Assembly (NCBI GenBank): GCA_030615855.1
Contig: JAUWYL010000003.1
Location: 2,384 to 66,383 of the forward strand
Length of the DNA: 64,000 nucleotides
Direction: 5' to 3'
DNA from: a bacterium
GTDB taxonomy: Bacteria; UBP18; UBA7526
Both the position numbers and the translations under genes were made by a program. Below the pieces are notes generated by a model. That model was not told where the DNA came from. It saw only the letters and a program-made list of their open reading frames with translations, and ran no database searches. Shown here piece after piece: positions 51,084 through 60,942 of this stretch. Position 1 is the first letter of the stretch, and every line of letters starts with the position of its first letter.

Positions 51084-54000
51084 TTCTCTTTGCTCCCCAA
51101 ACGATCGGTTTCAGATAGAATCTCACCATTGCTTTCAGTGGTTCTTTATCTGAAATAAAGCGAGCAACCGGTGGACTAAAGCGACAGTAGAACCTCACAA
51201 ATGCTTTTCCCAGGGAATTAGTCAAGAGATGCTCATCCCGAAATCTCTGCAAAACAATAATCTGTGATCTGTGTGAATCCGTAATAAATCTGTGTGAATC
51301 CGTGCCGCTGCTATAAGCAGCGGTAGCGATGAAGCATCCCCACTTCTCTGAGGTGCTCTTCGCCTCTTCCTTGGCAGCTGCCGGGGTGGTAATGGTAACC
51401 ACGGGAGTGCTCACCTCGGTGTCCGGACTTGATGAATATACCCCCCACAACTGTATGTAGTAGGTCGTTCCTCCTGAGAGACCAGTAATGGTGGTGGAGG
51501 TCGTCGCCCTGGTAGCCAGATCAACATCATTACTATCATCCCAGTAACTGGTTGCCTTGTTTTCCACTTCAGTTCGATTGGTCCCATAATAGATGCGGTA
51601 GCGGAGAAAGTCCTTATCTGAAGGAGTGAAGGGCGTCCAGGTCAACTTGCTACTTGAGGATTTCGATTCGCTCTCCTGGACATCGGCCAAACCCACAGAA
51701 ACAGAAGCAGTACCAGAAGGAGAAGTCGTCTCATTACCAGCGTTATCCATTGCCCATATTTTAGCATAGTAGATGTTAGGTGAGGTTAATCCTGTAACGA
51801 TAGTTGAAGAGGTATCTATATCTGTCTCTTCCTTTTTAGTGGCTCCTTCTGGCGAACCCGTATTGTCCTTATCCTGCACCTTTGTCTGATCCTTCCCATA
51901 CCAGATTTCATAGTGGCTGAAGTAGCTCTCTGTGCAGGCCGTCCAGGAGAAAGTAATACTCGTTGAAGTAGCAGAACTTGCCTTGAAATCCGCCAGACCA
52001 CTGGGAACCACATTATCTATGCCAAAAGGAGTACCAGGAGAAGAAGCCGTATCCCCCATATAACCATAACTACCATCATCCGCGCCATCATTGGCCTTCA
52101 TCCTGAAGTAAACCGTGTCATCTTCAGTAGTGGGAAGATCAGTTGCCGTAGCCCAGGTGATGGTCTTCTCGCCTGGAGTGCCGATAGATTCCTCGGAGGC
52201 TGGGTCAGTAGAAGCGGTATGCCAATCTATTTCATCTCCGGTGGTAGAATACTCTGGATACCCAGTGCAGGAGTGACTATCGGCATCTATCAAGGTATAG
52301 GAAATCTCCCAGTCTCCTCTTTTCCAACTGGGAACCGGTGACTCAGTAATGTTTATTAAAGGAAGATTATTGTCGGTTACCTCAATACTAATACTGATAG
52401 CCGAGGTATAACCTGCACTTGAGTCGGCATCAATCTGTATGGTTTCCCCGGTATCATAATATATGCCGCTATAACTGGCCACCCCACTCACAACGTCTTC
52501 TGTAAGGGCGTCATTAGGTAATAAGGCACCAGCACCGGCGTGAAGTGCTAAGATAACGGTACCTATGGCAGCGGGGGTCACATTACCATAGGTATCCTTT
52601 ACGCTCACCTTTGGCTGGGTAGCAAAGGGGAAACCGACGATGGCCGCATCCGATGGTGGAGTGGTAAAGTCTAATTTATTGGGATTATCAGGATCGACAG
52701 CAATATTCGTTGAGGTCCCATTAATTGCTCCATCATCGGCCTTAATCCAGGGGGTCTCTCCTGCGTTATAGAGAGTGAAACCAGATACCGTTGCCACACC
52801 ATTCGCGAAGGTCTGGTTCCCATCAGCCGGCTTGGTCGGGTCATTAACGCCTATGGCAGTAGCGTTCCAGGTCCAGGTAATGTAATGAGAACCAGTATAA
52901 TCGGTGACCGTAGTATCGTCTTGCCTCTGAGCAGTAACCGTAACTGAGAAAGTAGTTCCCGCAGTCTCAGTTCCAGAATGCTCGGTCACTACACTGAACT
53001 TGGTGGCCAACCAACCACCTGGGGGTTCTCCGTCAGAAAGCCAGGCAGCACCCAAAATCAATCTTTCGCCAGTAGCCGCATGTCGGGTTAGTCCTATAGC
53101 TATCCCGCCATTAGTAGTCCCTTCTCCAGCGCCGATCACATAGGAGTGGCTGATTTTTGTCCAGTCAGCACCATCTAAATCGGTGACACCCGACTCATCT
53201 ATACCACCAGCATGCTCAACCCCTACTTTTACCTTACCAGTTCCTTTTGCCCAGACCACCACATAATAGGTTTTGCCCACTTCTAAATCTTTACCTAACT
53301 GCTTTAGATAACGCTCATCAGAATATGGTTCATGGGCAAAAGAAGCCTCCCCGACTAAAACCTCATCTGGGTCAGTAGTTCTTTCACCTCTATTGCCCCA
53401 GGTGTATTCATCAGGATCACTACCGGTAATATCATCAAAAAATTCGTTGTATAGGTAATTCTCTCCTGCTTCAGGATGGGTCTGGAAGGTCTTGATATCC
53501 CCATATGCATGATCGCTGTCATATTCTACAACGCCTCTAAACTGATATTTGGTCTTTTTACTAAAACTCGGAGTAGCGGTATGTGAGCCAGCTACACCAT
53601 AAGGTGTGTAGGTTGTCTCATTATCGGTTATGCTGCCTGAACTTTCCCCCCATTGAAAGTAGACATCAACAGAAATCTCCTCCCCCATGGTAAAATCACA
53701 GTTAAGGGTAGCGGTAGTAGTCCCGATGCTTGAGGCATCCTGAGTGGTGACTGTAGGATAAGGGTAGGTGCCTGTAGTAGTCCAGATAATTTCGTCCGTA
53801 ATGACCTTTCCCTCTGACCTATTGCCGATACACTTAAATACCACATTATTGCTTTCACTTATGGCAGTCAATGCCCCAGCCACCAGGGACCCATAGGTAC
53901 CATCAGTGGCTGAGTAATAAGTCTGATCAACAGGAAGAGCACCGACATCGATTACCGTTGTCAGATCAGAGTAGGCACCCCCATCAATACTATATTGGAA

Positions 54001-54339
54001 CTTTACATCACCAGTAGTAGTACCAGCACGCATCACTTGGAAGTCAAAATTAGTAAGGGTTAATCCCCGGAAATCAAAGGTATCGGTTGTATAGGTAGAT
54101 TCTCCTGTACCGGCTTTGATCATTGCTGCATTGGTGCAGTAGCTAATGTTGTATGTTACGAAGTTACCATCAGCGGTCCAGCCCGACGGCCAATCGGGAG
54201 GATCTATACTTTCAAAATCCTCTGTATAGCCAGGCGAATGCGGTATAATGAGGGCCTGGGCACCCATACCCCAGCCCAGAAGCAACCCAATAGAGAGGGA
54301 TATCAATATTAAGTTCTGGGAAAGTCTTCTTTTCTTCAT
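51055..54339 (-). CDS. Large secreted Ig/Fn3 repeat protein with CFI-box-CTERM
   Basis: Signal peptide, T/S/D-rich beta domains, Fn3 motifs, GCFIATAAY..FRD..SPP. Confidence 0.8.
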   Translation of the reverse strand: MKKRRLSQNLILISLSIGLLLGWGMGAQALIIPHSPGYTEDFESIDPPDWPSGWTADGNFVTYNISYCTNAAMIKAGTGESTYTTDTFDFRGLTLTNFDFQVMRAGTTTGDVKFQYSIDGGAYSDLTTVIDVGALPVDQTYYSATDGTYGSLVAGALTAISESNNVVFKCIGNRSEGKVITDEIIWTTTGTYPYPTVTTQDASSIGTTTATLNCDFTMGEEISVDVYFQWGESSGSITDNETTYTPYGVAGSHTATPSFSKKTKYQFRGVVEYDSDHAYGDIKTFQTHPEAGENYLYNEFFDDITGSDPDEYTWGNRGERTTDPDEVLVGEASFAHEPYSDERYLKQLGKDLEVGKTYYVVVWAKGTGKVKVGVEHAGGIDESGVTDLDGADWTKISHSYVIGAGEGTTNGGIAIGLTRHAATGERLILGAAWLSDGEPPGGWLATKFSVVTEHSGTETAGTTFSVTVTAQRQDDTTVTDYTGSHYITWTWNATAIGVNDPTKPADGNQTFANGVATVSGFTLYNAGETPWIKADDGAINGTSTNIAVDPDNPNKLDFTTPPSDAAIVGFPFATQPKVSVKDTYGNVTPAAIGTVILALHAGAGALLPNDALTEDVVSGVASYSGIYYDTGETIQIDADSSAGYTSAISISIEVTDNNLPLINITESPVPSWKRGDWEISYTLIDADSHSCTGYPEYSTTGDEIDWHTASTDPASEESIGTPGEKTITWATATDLPTTEDDTVYFRMKANDGADDGSYGYMGDTASSPGTPFGIDNVVPSGLADFKASSATSTSITFSWTACTESYFSHYEIWYGKDQTKVQDKDNTGSPEGATKKEETDIDTSSTIVTGLTSPNIYYAKIWAMDNAGNETTSPSGTASVSVGLADVQESESKSSSSKLTWTPFTPSDKDFLRYRIYYGTNRTEVENKATSYWDDSNDVDLATRATTSTTITGLSGGTTYYIQLWGVYSSSPDTEVSTPVVTITTPAAAKEEAKSTSEKWGCFIATAAYSSGTDSHRFITDSHRSQIIVLQRFRDEHLLTNSLGKAFVRFYCRFSPPVARFISDKEPLKAMVRFYLKPIVWGAKRIVKEGRSDD

Positions 54340-54370
54340 TTTGACTTAGGGCTCCATATTCCTTAGGAAT

Positions 54371-54399
54371 AGTATATTATTTCACACATTATATGTCAA
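54371..54399 (-). promoter_or_regulatory. Sigma70 promoter
   Basis: TTGACA-17 nt-TATACT. Confidence 0.65.
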
Positions 54400-54487
54400 A
54401 TGTTCTTAGTCATTACTCCTGTATTTAATGTATTACCTTATTATTAGAGACTATCTCTTCCAAAAAGTTCCAAAATTATAGGGACTT

Positions 54488-55273
54488 TTAAAGGGCTTGG
54501 GAGAGACGGGAGAGGAGATCTTTAAGTTCTTTGCGACTTTCGAAGGTGACCAATAGTCTTTCTGCCTTCTTACCGGTTCGGATATTGATCTTCTTCTTCC
54601 ATTCCTTCCTGAGATGCCTCATGATATCTCTTTCGATGGCATTGAGTTCCTTCTCTCTTTCTGTCAACTCTTCCCCGGGTCGTGCTAAATCGACCAGAAC
54701 CATAGTATCTTCAACGGAGAGGCCTCGCTTAATTACTTCTTTGGCAAAGGAGAGCTGTTTATTCTTGTCCTCAAGTCCCATCAATACCTTGGCATGACCA
54801 AAGGTGATCCTACCCTTATGGAGATATTCTAACACCTTATGATGTAATCTCTTCAGAAGACGAAGATGATGACTGATATCTGATTGGGTGCGTCCGGTCT
54901 TCTTAGCGATCTCTTCTTCCTTAATCTTATAGGAATCCTTCAATTCCTGAAAGCCTTTGGCCCTCTCCAAAGGGGTAAGATCCAGCCTTTCTATATTCTC
55001 CACAATGGATTTAACTAGTAGGTCCTCACCCCCTATTTCTCCTAAGATAGCACAGGGTAATTCCTTCCAGCCCAATTTCTTTATTGCTTTAAGACGCCTA
55101 TTGCCAGAGATAAGATAATATTTATTCCCCCTTTTGGAGACCGTGGGAGGACAGATGAGGCCATTCTCTCTAATCGACCGGGCTAAATCTTCGATATTCT
55201 CCCTACCGCTTTCAAAACGTACCTTATATCCCTTGGTAGAAATCTCTTTTAAAGGCAGAATTCTAAAACGCAT
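54488..55273 (-). CDS. Orphan ParB/Spo0J family protein
   Basis: LARSIRENGLI, ISGNRRLKA, VENIERLDL.P.E.A, HTH; no adjacent parA. Confidence 0.88.
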   Translation of the reverse strand: MRFRILPLKEISTKGYKVRFESGRENIEDLARSIRENGLICPPTVSKRGNKYYLISGNRRLKAIKKLGWKELPCAILGEIGGEDLLVKSIVENIERLDLTPLERAKGFQELKDSYKIKEEEIAKKTGRTQSDISHHLRLLKRLHHKVLEYLHKGRITFGHAKVLMGLEDKNKQLSFAKEVIKRGLSVEDTMVLVDLARPGEELTEREKELNAIERDIMRHLRKEWKKKINIRTGKKAERLLVTFESRKELKDLLSRLSQAL

Positions 55274-55664
55274 TTTTCTTCACCCTCGAAAAAAGAGGCA
55301 AATATGCCATATGGCATATTTTGGTAGCAATAAGAGTCAGGCCCGCCTTCGTCCGTCCGTCTCCGACGGGCCGAACTTCGGCGGGTAAGCATTTGACAAT
55401 AAATAAGTTCTGGAAAAGTCTTCTTTTCTTCATCCCGCACCTTTTGATAAGTTGATTAGTTGACAAGTTGACAAGTCAATAAGTTTGCAACCGCCTATAC
55501 GCAAATTGTTACAAATTTTTTTGTTACATTTTTAAGTGCAATATAAAAAGACACTTTTATTAAAGATTTTCCACAATGGAGATGGGCTCCTGACCAGTTC
55601 ATTATTTATCTTCCTGGATGAGAGCAAACAAGATAGGCCTCACTCCATTCGGCAAAATCCTAAA

Positions 55665-55790
55665 TTCTAATATCGAAACTCTAAACAATATCTAAATTCA
55701 AAATTCAAATGTTCCAAACCCGTTTAGTTTTGGATTTTTGTCATTTGAGATTCGGATTTGTTTAGGATTTAGTGCTTCGGATTTAGTATT
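55665..55790. repeat. Empty inverted heptamer-array element
   Basis: AAATCCTAAATTCTAATATCGAAACTCTAAAC... facing ...GTTTAGGATTTAGTGCTTCGGATTTAGTATTT. Confidence 0.75.
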
Positions 55791-55827
55791 TAACATTATC
55801 CAAATTCCGATGCCTCAAGGGTATCGA

Positions 55828-56313
55828 TCATCTTTTCTTCCTTAGACGTAGCTGAGCTCTTAGAAGTCGGGCATCCTTCTTATCTCGGGGACGGCCACTC
55901 CACTCCTTAAGATGAATAAGGTCAATGATCTCAGGAAGGGGGATCACCAGGCCAGCAAACTTTACCCTAATTCTATACTGATACATAAAGTCAAATTTGG
56001 CCTGGGAAAGGGTTAGGAGATCGATCCTCTGAGTATTAGTAATACGCAACATTTTTTTCTTTAACAGCCATTCTTTCCAATTGACAATCTTTCTCCCTTT
56101 CTCATCCATCGCTTTAGAATATCCCAACCTCTTTATGATCTTTAGAGTAAGGGCAACTTCCTTCTCATCCTGAGGCAAGAGAAGATCTAGGTCAAAAGTA
56201 GCCCTCTCTACCCCGTATAAAACAACAGCAACTCCTCCAATAACGAGATACCTCAGCCTTCTTTTATTAAACGCTCTGATAATCTTTTTAATTTCTTCCT
56301 TTTGGTTCGCCAC
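55828..56313 (-). CDS. Nucleotidyltransferase (DUF6036-like)
   Basis: YLVIGGVAV..G..RATFDLD, DLIHLK..GRPRD. Confidence 0.75.
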   Translation of the reverse strand: MANQKEEIKKIIRAFNKRRLRYLVIGGVAVVLYGVERATFDLDLLLPQDEKEVALTLKIIKRLGYSKAMDEKGRKIVNWKEWLLKKKMLRITNTQRIDLLTLSQAKFDFMYQYRIRVKFAGLVIPLPEIIDLIHLKEWSGRPRDKKDARLLRAQLRLRKKR

Positions 56314-56435
56314 GGTTTTACCGCCCTCCCTAACAGTTGGTTGAATAAAAATACTTTCTCCAGATTTTCTGGATAAAGTTTTAGTCTTAGATACTTCCTT
56401 CGTCTATTCAATTTAAGATATTTTTCACTCCTCAT
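56253..56435 (-). CDS. Small basic partner of nucleotidyltransferase
   Basis: 60 aa ORF overlapping NTase start, same layout as 50871-51083. Confidence 0.4.
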   Translation of the reverse strand: MRSEKYLKLNRRRKYLRLKLYPENLEKVFLFNQLLGRAVKPWRTKRKKLKRLSERLIKEG

Positions 56436-56619
56436 CTTCCTATCTCAACCCTAGAATGGGGATCAGGTCCCATTGGATAGTAAACATCCAACGGGATAAA
56501 TCTTGACCCCGAAGGACAAGCCCCGAAGAACAAGTCTACGGGGTAAACCTACGGGGCTCTGCACCGTATGGTTCAGGGCGGGGCAGGCAAATCTTGAAAA
56601 GCGTAATAAAACCCTTTCT

Positions 56620-56910
56620 GAATCCTTCTTTTACAGTTATTTCTTGCTCTTTTGAGTCTAAGCAGATACTTAAGGTCTTTTAAATCCTGCGGTTTTCCCG
56701 CACTACGTTTCATCCTAATGGAGATCGTTACCCTATGTCCTTTTATAGATTACTGAAAAACCACTGAATCCACTGAAATCACAGAAAATTTGTTATTCTG
56801 TTTCTTTATTTTTTAATATCTTTTGTTCAGTGTTCTCAGTGCCCTCTGTGGTTAAAGACTTTTCAGCGGTCTCTTTTAATAATTTGAGAAGGCCTTCAGT
56901 GTCCACTTTT
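56620..56910 (-). pseudogene. Remnant nucleotidyltransferase with middle replaced by a palindromic element
   Basis: GTG-start fragment MDTEGLLKLLKE near 56910; C-terminal fragment MKRSAGKPQDLKDLKYL from 56713. Confidence 0.5.
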
Positions 56911-57131
56911 CTTCCTGTTTATTGACAGGAAGGCCCGCCTGCCGGCGGGCCCTGTAGATATGAGAATCATCAACAGGGTAGAGTGATCATTTACCCCGCT
57001 CGCTCCATTAGAGATAGGAAACGCTTCTTTCTGATTATCTTACTGAAAGCGTTTCCGTCATCTCTATTCAAGCTGCTTAGCATCTCTAATGGAGGGAATG
57101 GCGAAGCCCGTCTATCTGCCAAGATCACCGT

Positions 57132-58391
57132 TTAGATGCTGTCGGTAATGAACTCCTCTTCGTTCTCCATCTGTTGTTCGTCAGTGATGGCCTCGGCTAT
57201 GGTCTCCTCTTCCTTCCCTCTCATAAAGATCTGCAGCAGGAGATAGATGATAGCCCCTATTCTTCTTATTCCTTTAGTCCTTTCTATTGTCTCCTGAACC
57301 TTCTCTCTCCATTCCTCTCCAAAGAGGAGTATCAAGGGGATACTCTTTATAGCTAGCTTGCTCTTTTTGACCAATTTTGCAATTGGCTTCTTCTCCTCAG
57401 AGATGCGAGCGATAAGCATGATGAGGAAGAAGGGTAGGAGCCAGAAGAAACCAAAGAGTTTCCCAGGAGAGAGAGTGAAGACCAGCGGATCAGCTACCCG
57501 ATTCAAATTGAAAACCACCAGTATAGCACTCCCCCAGATGACGAAGAGGTTCCCTAAGGGATTACTGGCCTTCAAGAACCTTCCCCCTTCTGTTCTCTTA
57601 TGCATAAAGGGCCAGGCGATATTGGCTCCCATGAAACCCGTGAAGTCGAATAGCAGGTGGGAGAAGTAGCCACAGGTAATGACCGCCCCATAGACCCAGG
57701 CCTTGGCAAAGGAGCCTAAGACCAATCCCATAATGAGCCAGCCCAAGAGGCCATAGAATAGCCCTAAGATAGCGGAATGGCTCCACTGCCTATGCCAGGG
57801 AAGAAAGACAATATTTACTCCCTCTTCCTTTTTAGTAAACAAAAAGGAGGGACCGTTGAAGATATCTATGGAAGAGGGTCTTGCCTGGGCCATTAATATC
57901 TTACACTTTGTCTTGCCCCTTCCTTCTTTTGGTCCAGTGAGTTCTGTTCCTTCAATATGCACCGGGAGCTGGGACATAGAGACCACCGGTCCTAACTTTA
58001 CCATGGTCTCATTTTTTTCCACATCATAGCCCACCTGATACTGTCTCCAGTTATCAGCCCCCATCTGGACGGTGTGCATCTGAAGGGTGATGTCCTTTCC
58101 CGTATCCCAGCATTTATTGATAGCCTCGGCCATCTTATCCGCCACCTTCTGGGCATCGATAGAACTGGGGTTGCGGGAATCGAGAAGATATTCCGGGGTT
58201 GCCGGATCGATGATGTAGTCGTTCTTGGCCAACATCATGGCCAATTTGAAGTCCTGGGTATCGGGAAGTATGCCGAATAGTCCTCCTAAGACCAGGATCC
58301 AGGAATGGGGGGTGGCCATAGACATAGAAAGAGCTTTGGTAAAACAGGTGGCTGCCGCCACCCCAGTACAAAAATGGGTAAGTCCTTTCAT
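57132..58391 (-). CDS. Membrane-bound metal-dependent hydrolase (YdjM-like) with inserted soluble domain
   Basis: MKGLTH, LPD..D, HRQWSHS, SHLLFD. Confidence 0.75.
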   Translation of the reverse strand: MKGLTHFCTGVAAATCFTKALSMSMATPHSWILVLGGLFGILPDTQDFKLAMMLAKNDYIIDPATPEYLLDSRNPSSIDAQKVADKMAEAINKCWDTGKDITLQMHTVQMGADNWRQYQVGYDVEKNETMVKLGPVVSMSQLPVHIEGTELTGPKEGRGKTKCKILMAQARPSSIDIFNGPSFLFTKKEEGVNIVFLPWHRQWSHSAILGLFYGLLGWLIMGLVLGSFAKAWVYGAVITCGYFSHLLFDFTGFMGANIAWPFMHKRTEGGRFLKASNPLGNLFVIWGSAILVVFNLNRVADPLVFTLSPGKLFGFFWLLPFFLIMLIARISEEKKPIAKLVKKSKLAIKSIPLILLFGEEWREKVQETIERTKGIRRIGAIIYLLLQIFMRGKEEETIAEAITDEQQMENEEEFITDSI

Positions 58392-58488
58392 CTTTACCTC
58401 CTTTTATACACTGATTATTACTGATTGATTACGGATTAGCACGGATAATCCGTGCCCATCCGTGTTGTTATCCGTGCCTATCCGTGTA

Positions 58489-59814
58489 TTAGAAGAGTTT
58501 CAAAGCCATGCAGATGGGTGCGCCCAATCCCGCCATATTGAGGCACATGGGGATTAAGAGAATCCCCAGGCAGTTCATCCTCCGGGAATGCCACATAACC
58601 GGGATGAGACCGATGGCGGTACCGATGAGCATGATGAAGAGCCCTATCCAGCCCGTTATCCCAATCACCGTTAGGGGAAGGATGACCAAAGTAATCCAGG
58701 AGATCATCCGATAGTTTATCTTGGCGATGAGGTTGATCATGAAGCGGGAGAAACGCAGAAGGAGAAAGAAGGATAGTCCCCCGCTTATGGCCATCACTGC
58801 CATAGCCAACCAGTAGTCCCCAATGTTGTAAGCCGCGTAGTAGGGTTTGAGCATCCAGGCCAATCCCCCTCTGGTAAGATGGTTCAGGGGGGGGATAAAG
58901 AAGAGGAGGAAGGCCCCCACATAGTAGATAACCTTGGAAGTCCCCTGTGACAAAACGAAGATCCGCTCATCCCTCTGGGCAATGGCATGGCCGGATAAGA
59001 GGCCTCCGATACCACCCGTTACCCCGGGCATGAGAGCCGCAAACCCTCCTCCTAAGGTACCGGCCACCGTTCCCCTGATAATCACAGAGAAATTAACATC
59101 TACAGAGGCGCCTGCAGTATACTGCTTAGGAATCTCTGTCTTAGAGATGATGTTGGTAATCACCCAGGGGACAGCAAAGAGCCCCACAAAGGCGGGCATC
59201 AGGGATTGAAAGGCTTTCTCCACCGGGATGAGGGTTCTATTCATGACGACCAATCCCAGGGCGCCAGAGAGAAGAAGGGTGAGAAGGCCTGCTCCACAGG
59301 ACTTCAGCCCCTCCAATGTCCTCCCTAAGGCGGTCTTGGCTCTTAAGGTGGCCTTGGGCCATTCTGAGGCAATGATGTAGACAATGATCAGACCCAGAAT
59401 CCAAAAGAAGTGGGGAGCGATTAATTTCTTGACATACTTTATGAGGTGAAAACTGACCGGGAACAGGAGCCAGAGGGCGATAATCCCCCCTAAGGAACCC
59501 AGTCCGGTCAGGATGGCTGCCTCATATCCCTTGCCCTGGAGCATATACTTCTGTCCGGGAAGGACAACAAACATGGCGCTCTCATCCGGGGCTCCTAAGA
59601 ACATGGCGGGAACAGTGTTGATTATTGCCCAGGAGACGATCCCCGCCATGAACATGACCGCAACATACTCCGCCGGGATGAGATGCAGGTGAGCCCCATA
59701 CCACAGCAAGAAGTAGCCCATCACACCGTAGAGATGCAATCCCGGAATGAGGGCCAAGACTCCGGCCACTACAGTTCCCAGAATAGTCCAGAAAAGAAGG
59801 TTTAGGAATATCAT
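58489..59814 (-). CDS. TctA/DUF112 family permease
   Basis: LIPGLH, P.MFLGAPD..VLPG....G.G, GLFA; ~12 TM. Confidence 0.75.
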   Translation of the reverse strand: MIFLNLLFWTILGTVVAGVLALIPGLHLYGVMGYFLLWYGAHLHLIPAEYVAVMFMAGIVSWAIINTVPAMFLGAPDESAMFVVLPGQKYMLQGKGYEAAILTGLGSLGGIIALWLLFPVSFHLIKYVKKLIAPHFFWILGLIIVYIIASEWPKATLRAKTALGRTLEGLKSCGAGLLTLLLSGALGLVVMNRTLIPVEKAFQSLMPAFVGLFAVPWVITNIISKTEIPKQYTAGASVDVNFSVIIRGTVAGTLGGGFAALMPGVTGGIGGLLSGHAIAQRDERIFVLSQGTSKVIYYVGAFLLFFIPPLNHLTRGGLAWMLKPYYAAYNIGDYWLAMAVMAISGGLSFFLLLRFSRFMINLIAKINYRMISWITLVILPLTVIGITGWIGLFIMLIGTAIGLIPVMWHSRRMNCLGILLIPMCLNMAGLGAPICMALKLF

Positions 59815-59817
59815 TTC

Positions 59818-60942
59818 TTACCCCCTTTCCCCAGTCAATCTGATATCCTCGGAATGGAGGACCTTGACCTGCATCATTCCCCGATACTGGGTTACCTTAC
59901 CTTTTACAGAGATTGAGGCTCCGGGAATAGTAACCAACCTATCCACTCCCTTCTCCACCTCTGGCCAATAGACGACTTCTATCTTGCCCGTGTTATCAGC
60001 AATAACTACATTAGTAGGGTTTGTTCTTCGCTTAAGAGTTAAAACCTTTCCGCTACATTCTACTATCTTCCCCATCCTTTCACTGGTAATGAGGCCGATA
60101 TTGAACTTGGAAACCCTCTCTTCCTTAGAGAGGGCCTCGGCCCGGGTAATCTTAAACCTATCCAGCCTTATGAGAGTAAGCGATCTTTTTCCTTTCCTAT
60201 CTACATATACCCTTCCAGAGAGTTCTACCTTATCCTCTATCCTGGGTACCTTACCGAATTTCTTAAGATCTTGGTAGGTCCACTTAGGAGCGAATACCTT
60301 GATCTTACCTGTCTCATCCTCAACCCAGAAGTTTAGATTCACCTTCTTATAAGGACGTGGAGGATATTTCACCTTTCCTTTAATGCTCACCAAAGTACCA
60401 GCCTCTAAGGGATAGACCTCTTTAACCTTGAGTGAGGAGAAAACGGCTGGTTTTATGGTAAGCAGATCCGCACTCTGTAACGAAAGTGAGGTGCCATATA
60501 CTTCATCTATCTTTATGGCTCCCGTGGCCTCCACCTCATCCTCTACCCTGGGGATCCTATCCAGCCTCGCGATGTCCTCTGTAACATCCCCCCAGGCAGT
60601 GATCCTTATTTCTCCTGTCCCATCATCCACGGTAATGGAAAAAGATCTCTTACCTTTCTTGCCTCTCAGGGGCTTTACCTTCACTACTTTCCCTACTATC
60701 TTAGCGTTGGCAAAGTTATAGAGTCCGGTAATATCGCCCACCTTCACTACCGGAACATGAATCACCTTGATAGCAACCAAGTAAAGGATCACTACCCCGA
60801 TAATGGCCATCCAGACACTGCCATACTTGAAGAGTCTTAGTGAAAGGCGATGCTTAATGTGGGCTCCACAGTAAGGGCACTTGTAATGGGCTCCTACAAA
60901 GCGACCACAACTGGGACATCTGACCTCTTCTTCTACTACCAT
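59818..60942 (-). CDS. Zn-ribbon + TM + three OB folds
   Basis: CPSC..CPYC, TM, DDGTGEI / EDETGKI / DNTGKI. Confidence 0.8.
   Translation of the reverse strand: MVVEEEVRCPSCGRFVGAHYKCPYCGAHIKHRLSLRLFKYGSVWMAIIGVVILYLVAIKVIHVPVVKVGDITGLYNFANAKIVGKVVKVKPLRGKKGKRSFSITVDDGTGEIRITAWGDVTEDIARLDRIPRVEDEVEATGAIKIDEVYGTSLSLQSADLLTIKPAVFSSLKVKEVYPLEAGTLVSIKGKVKYPPRPYKKVNLNFWVEDETGKIKVFAPKWTYQDLKKFGKVPRIEDKVELSGRVYVDRKGKRSLTLIRLDRFKITRAEALSKEERVSKFNIGLITSERMGKIVECSGKVLTLKRRTNPTNVVIADNTGKIEVVYWPEVEKGVDRLVTIPGASISVKGKVTQYRGMMQVKVLHSEDIRLTGERG

Noticed and set aside
54488..55620. Replication origin or plasmid partition locus
   Set aside because: No parA, dnaA, rep gene, canonical parS or DnaA-box cluster seen
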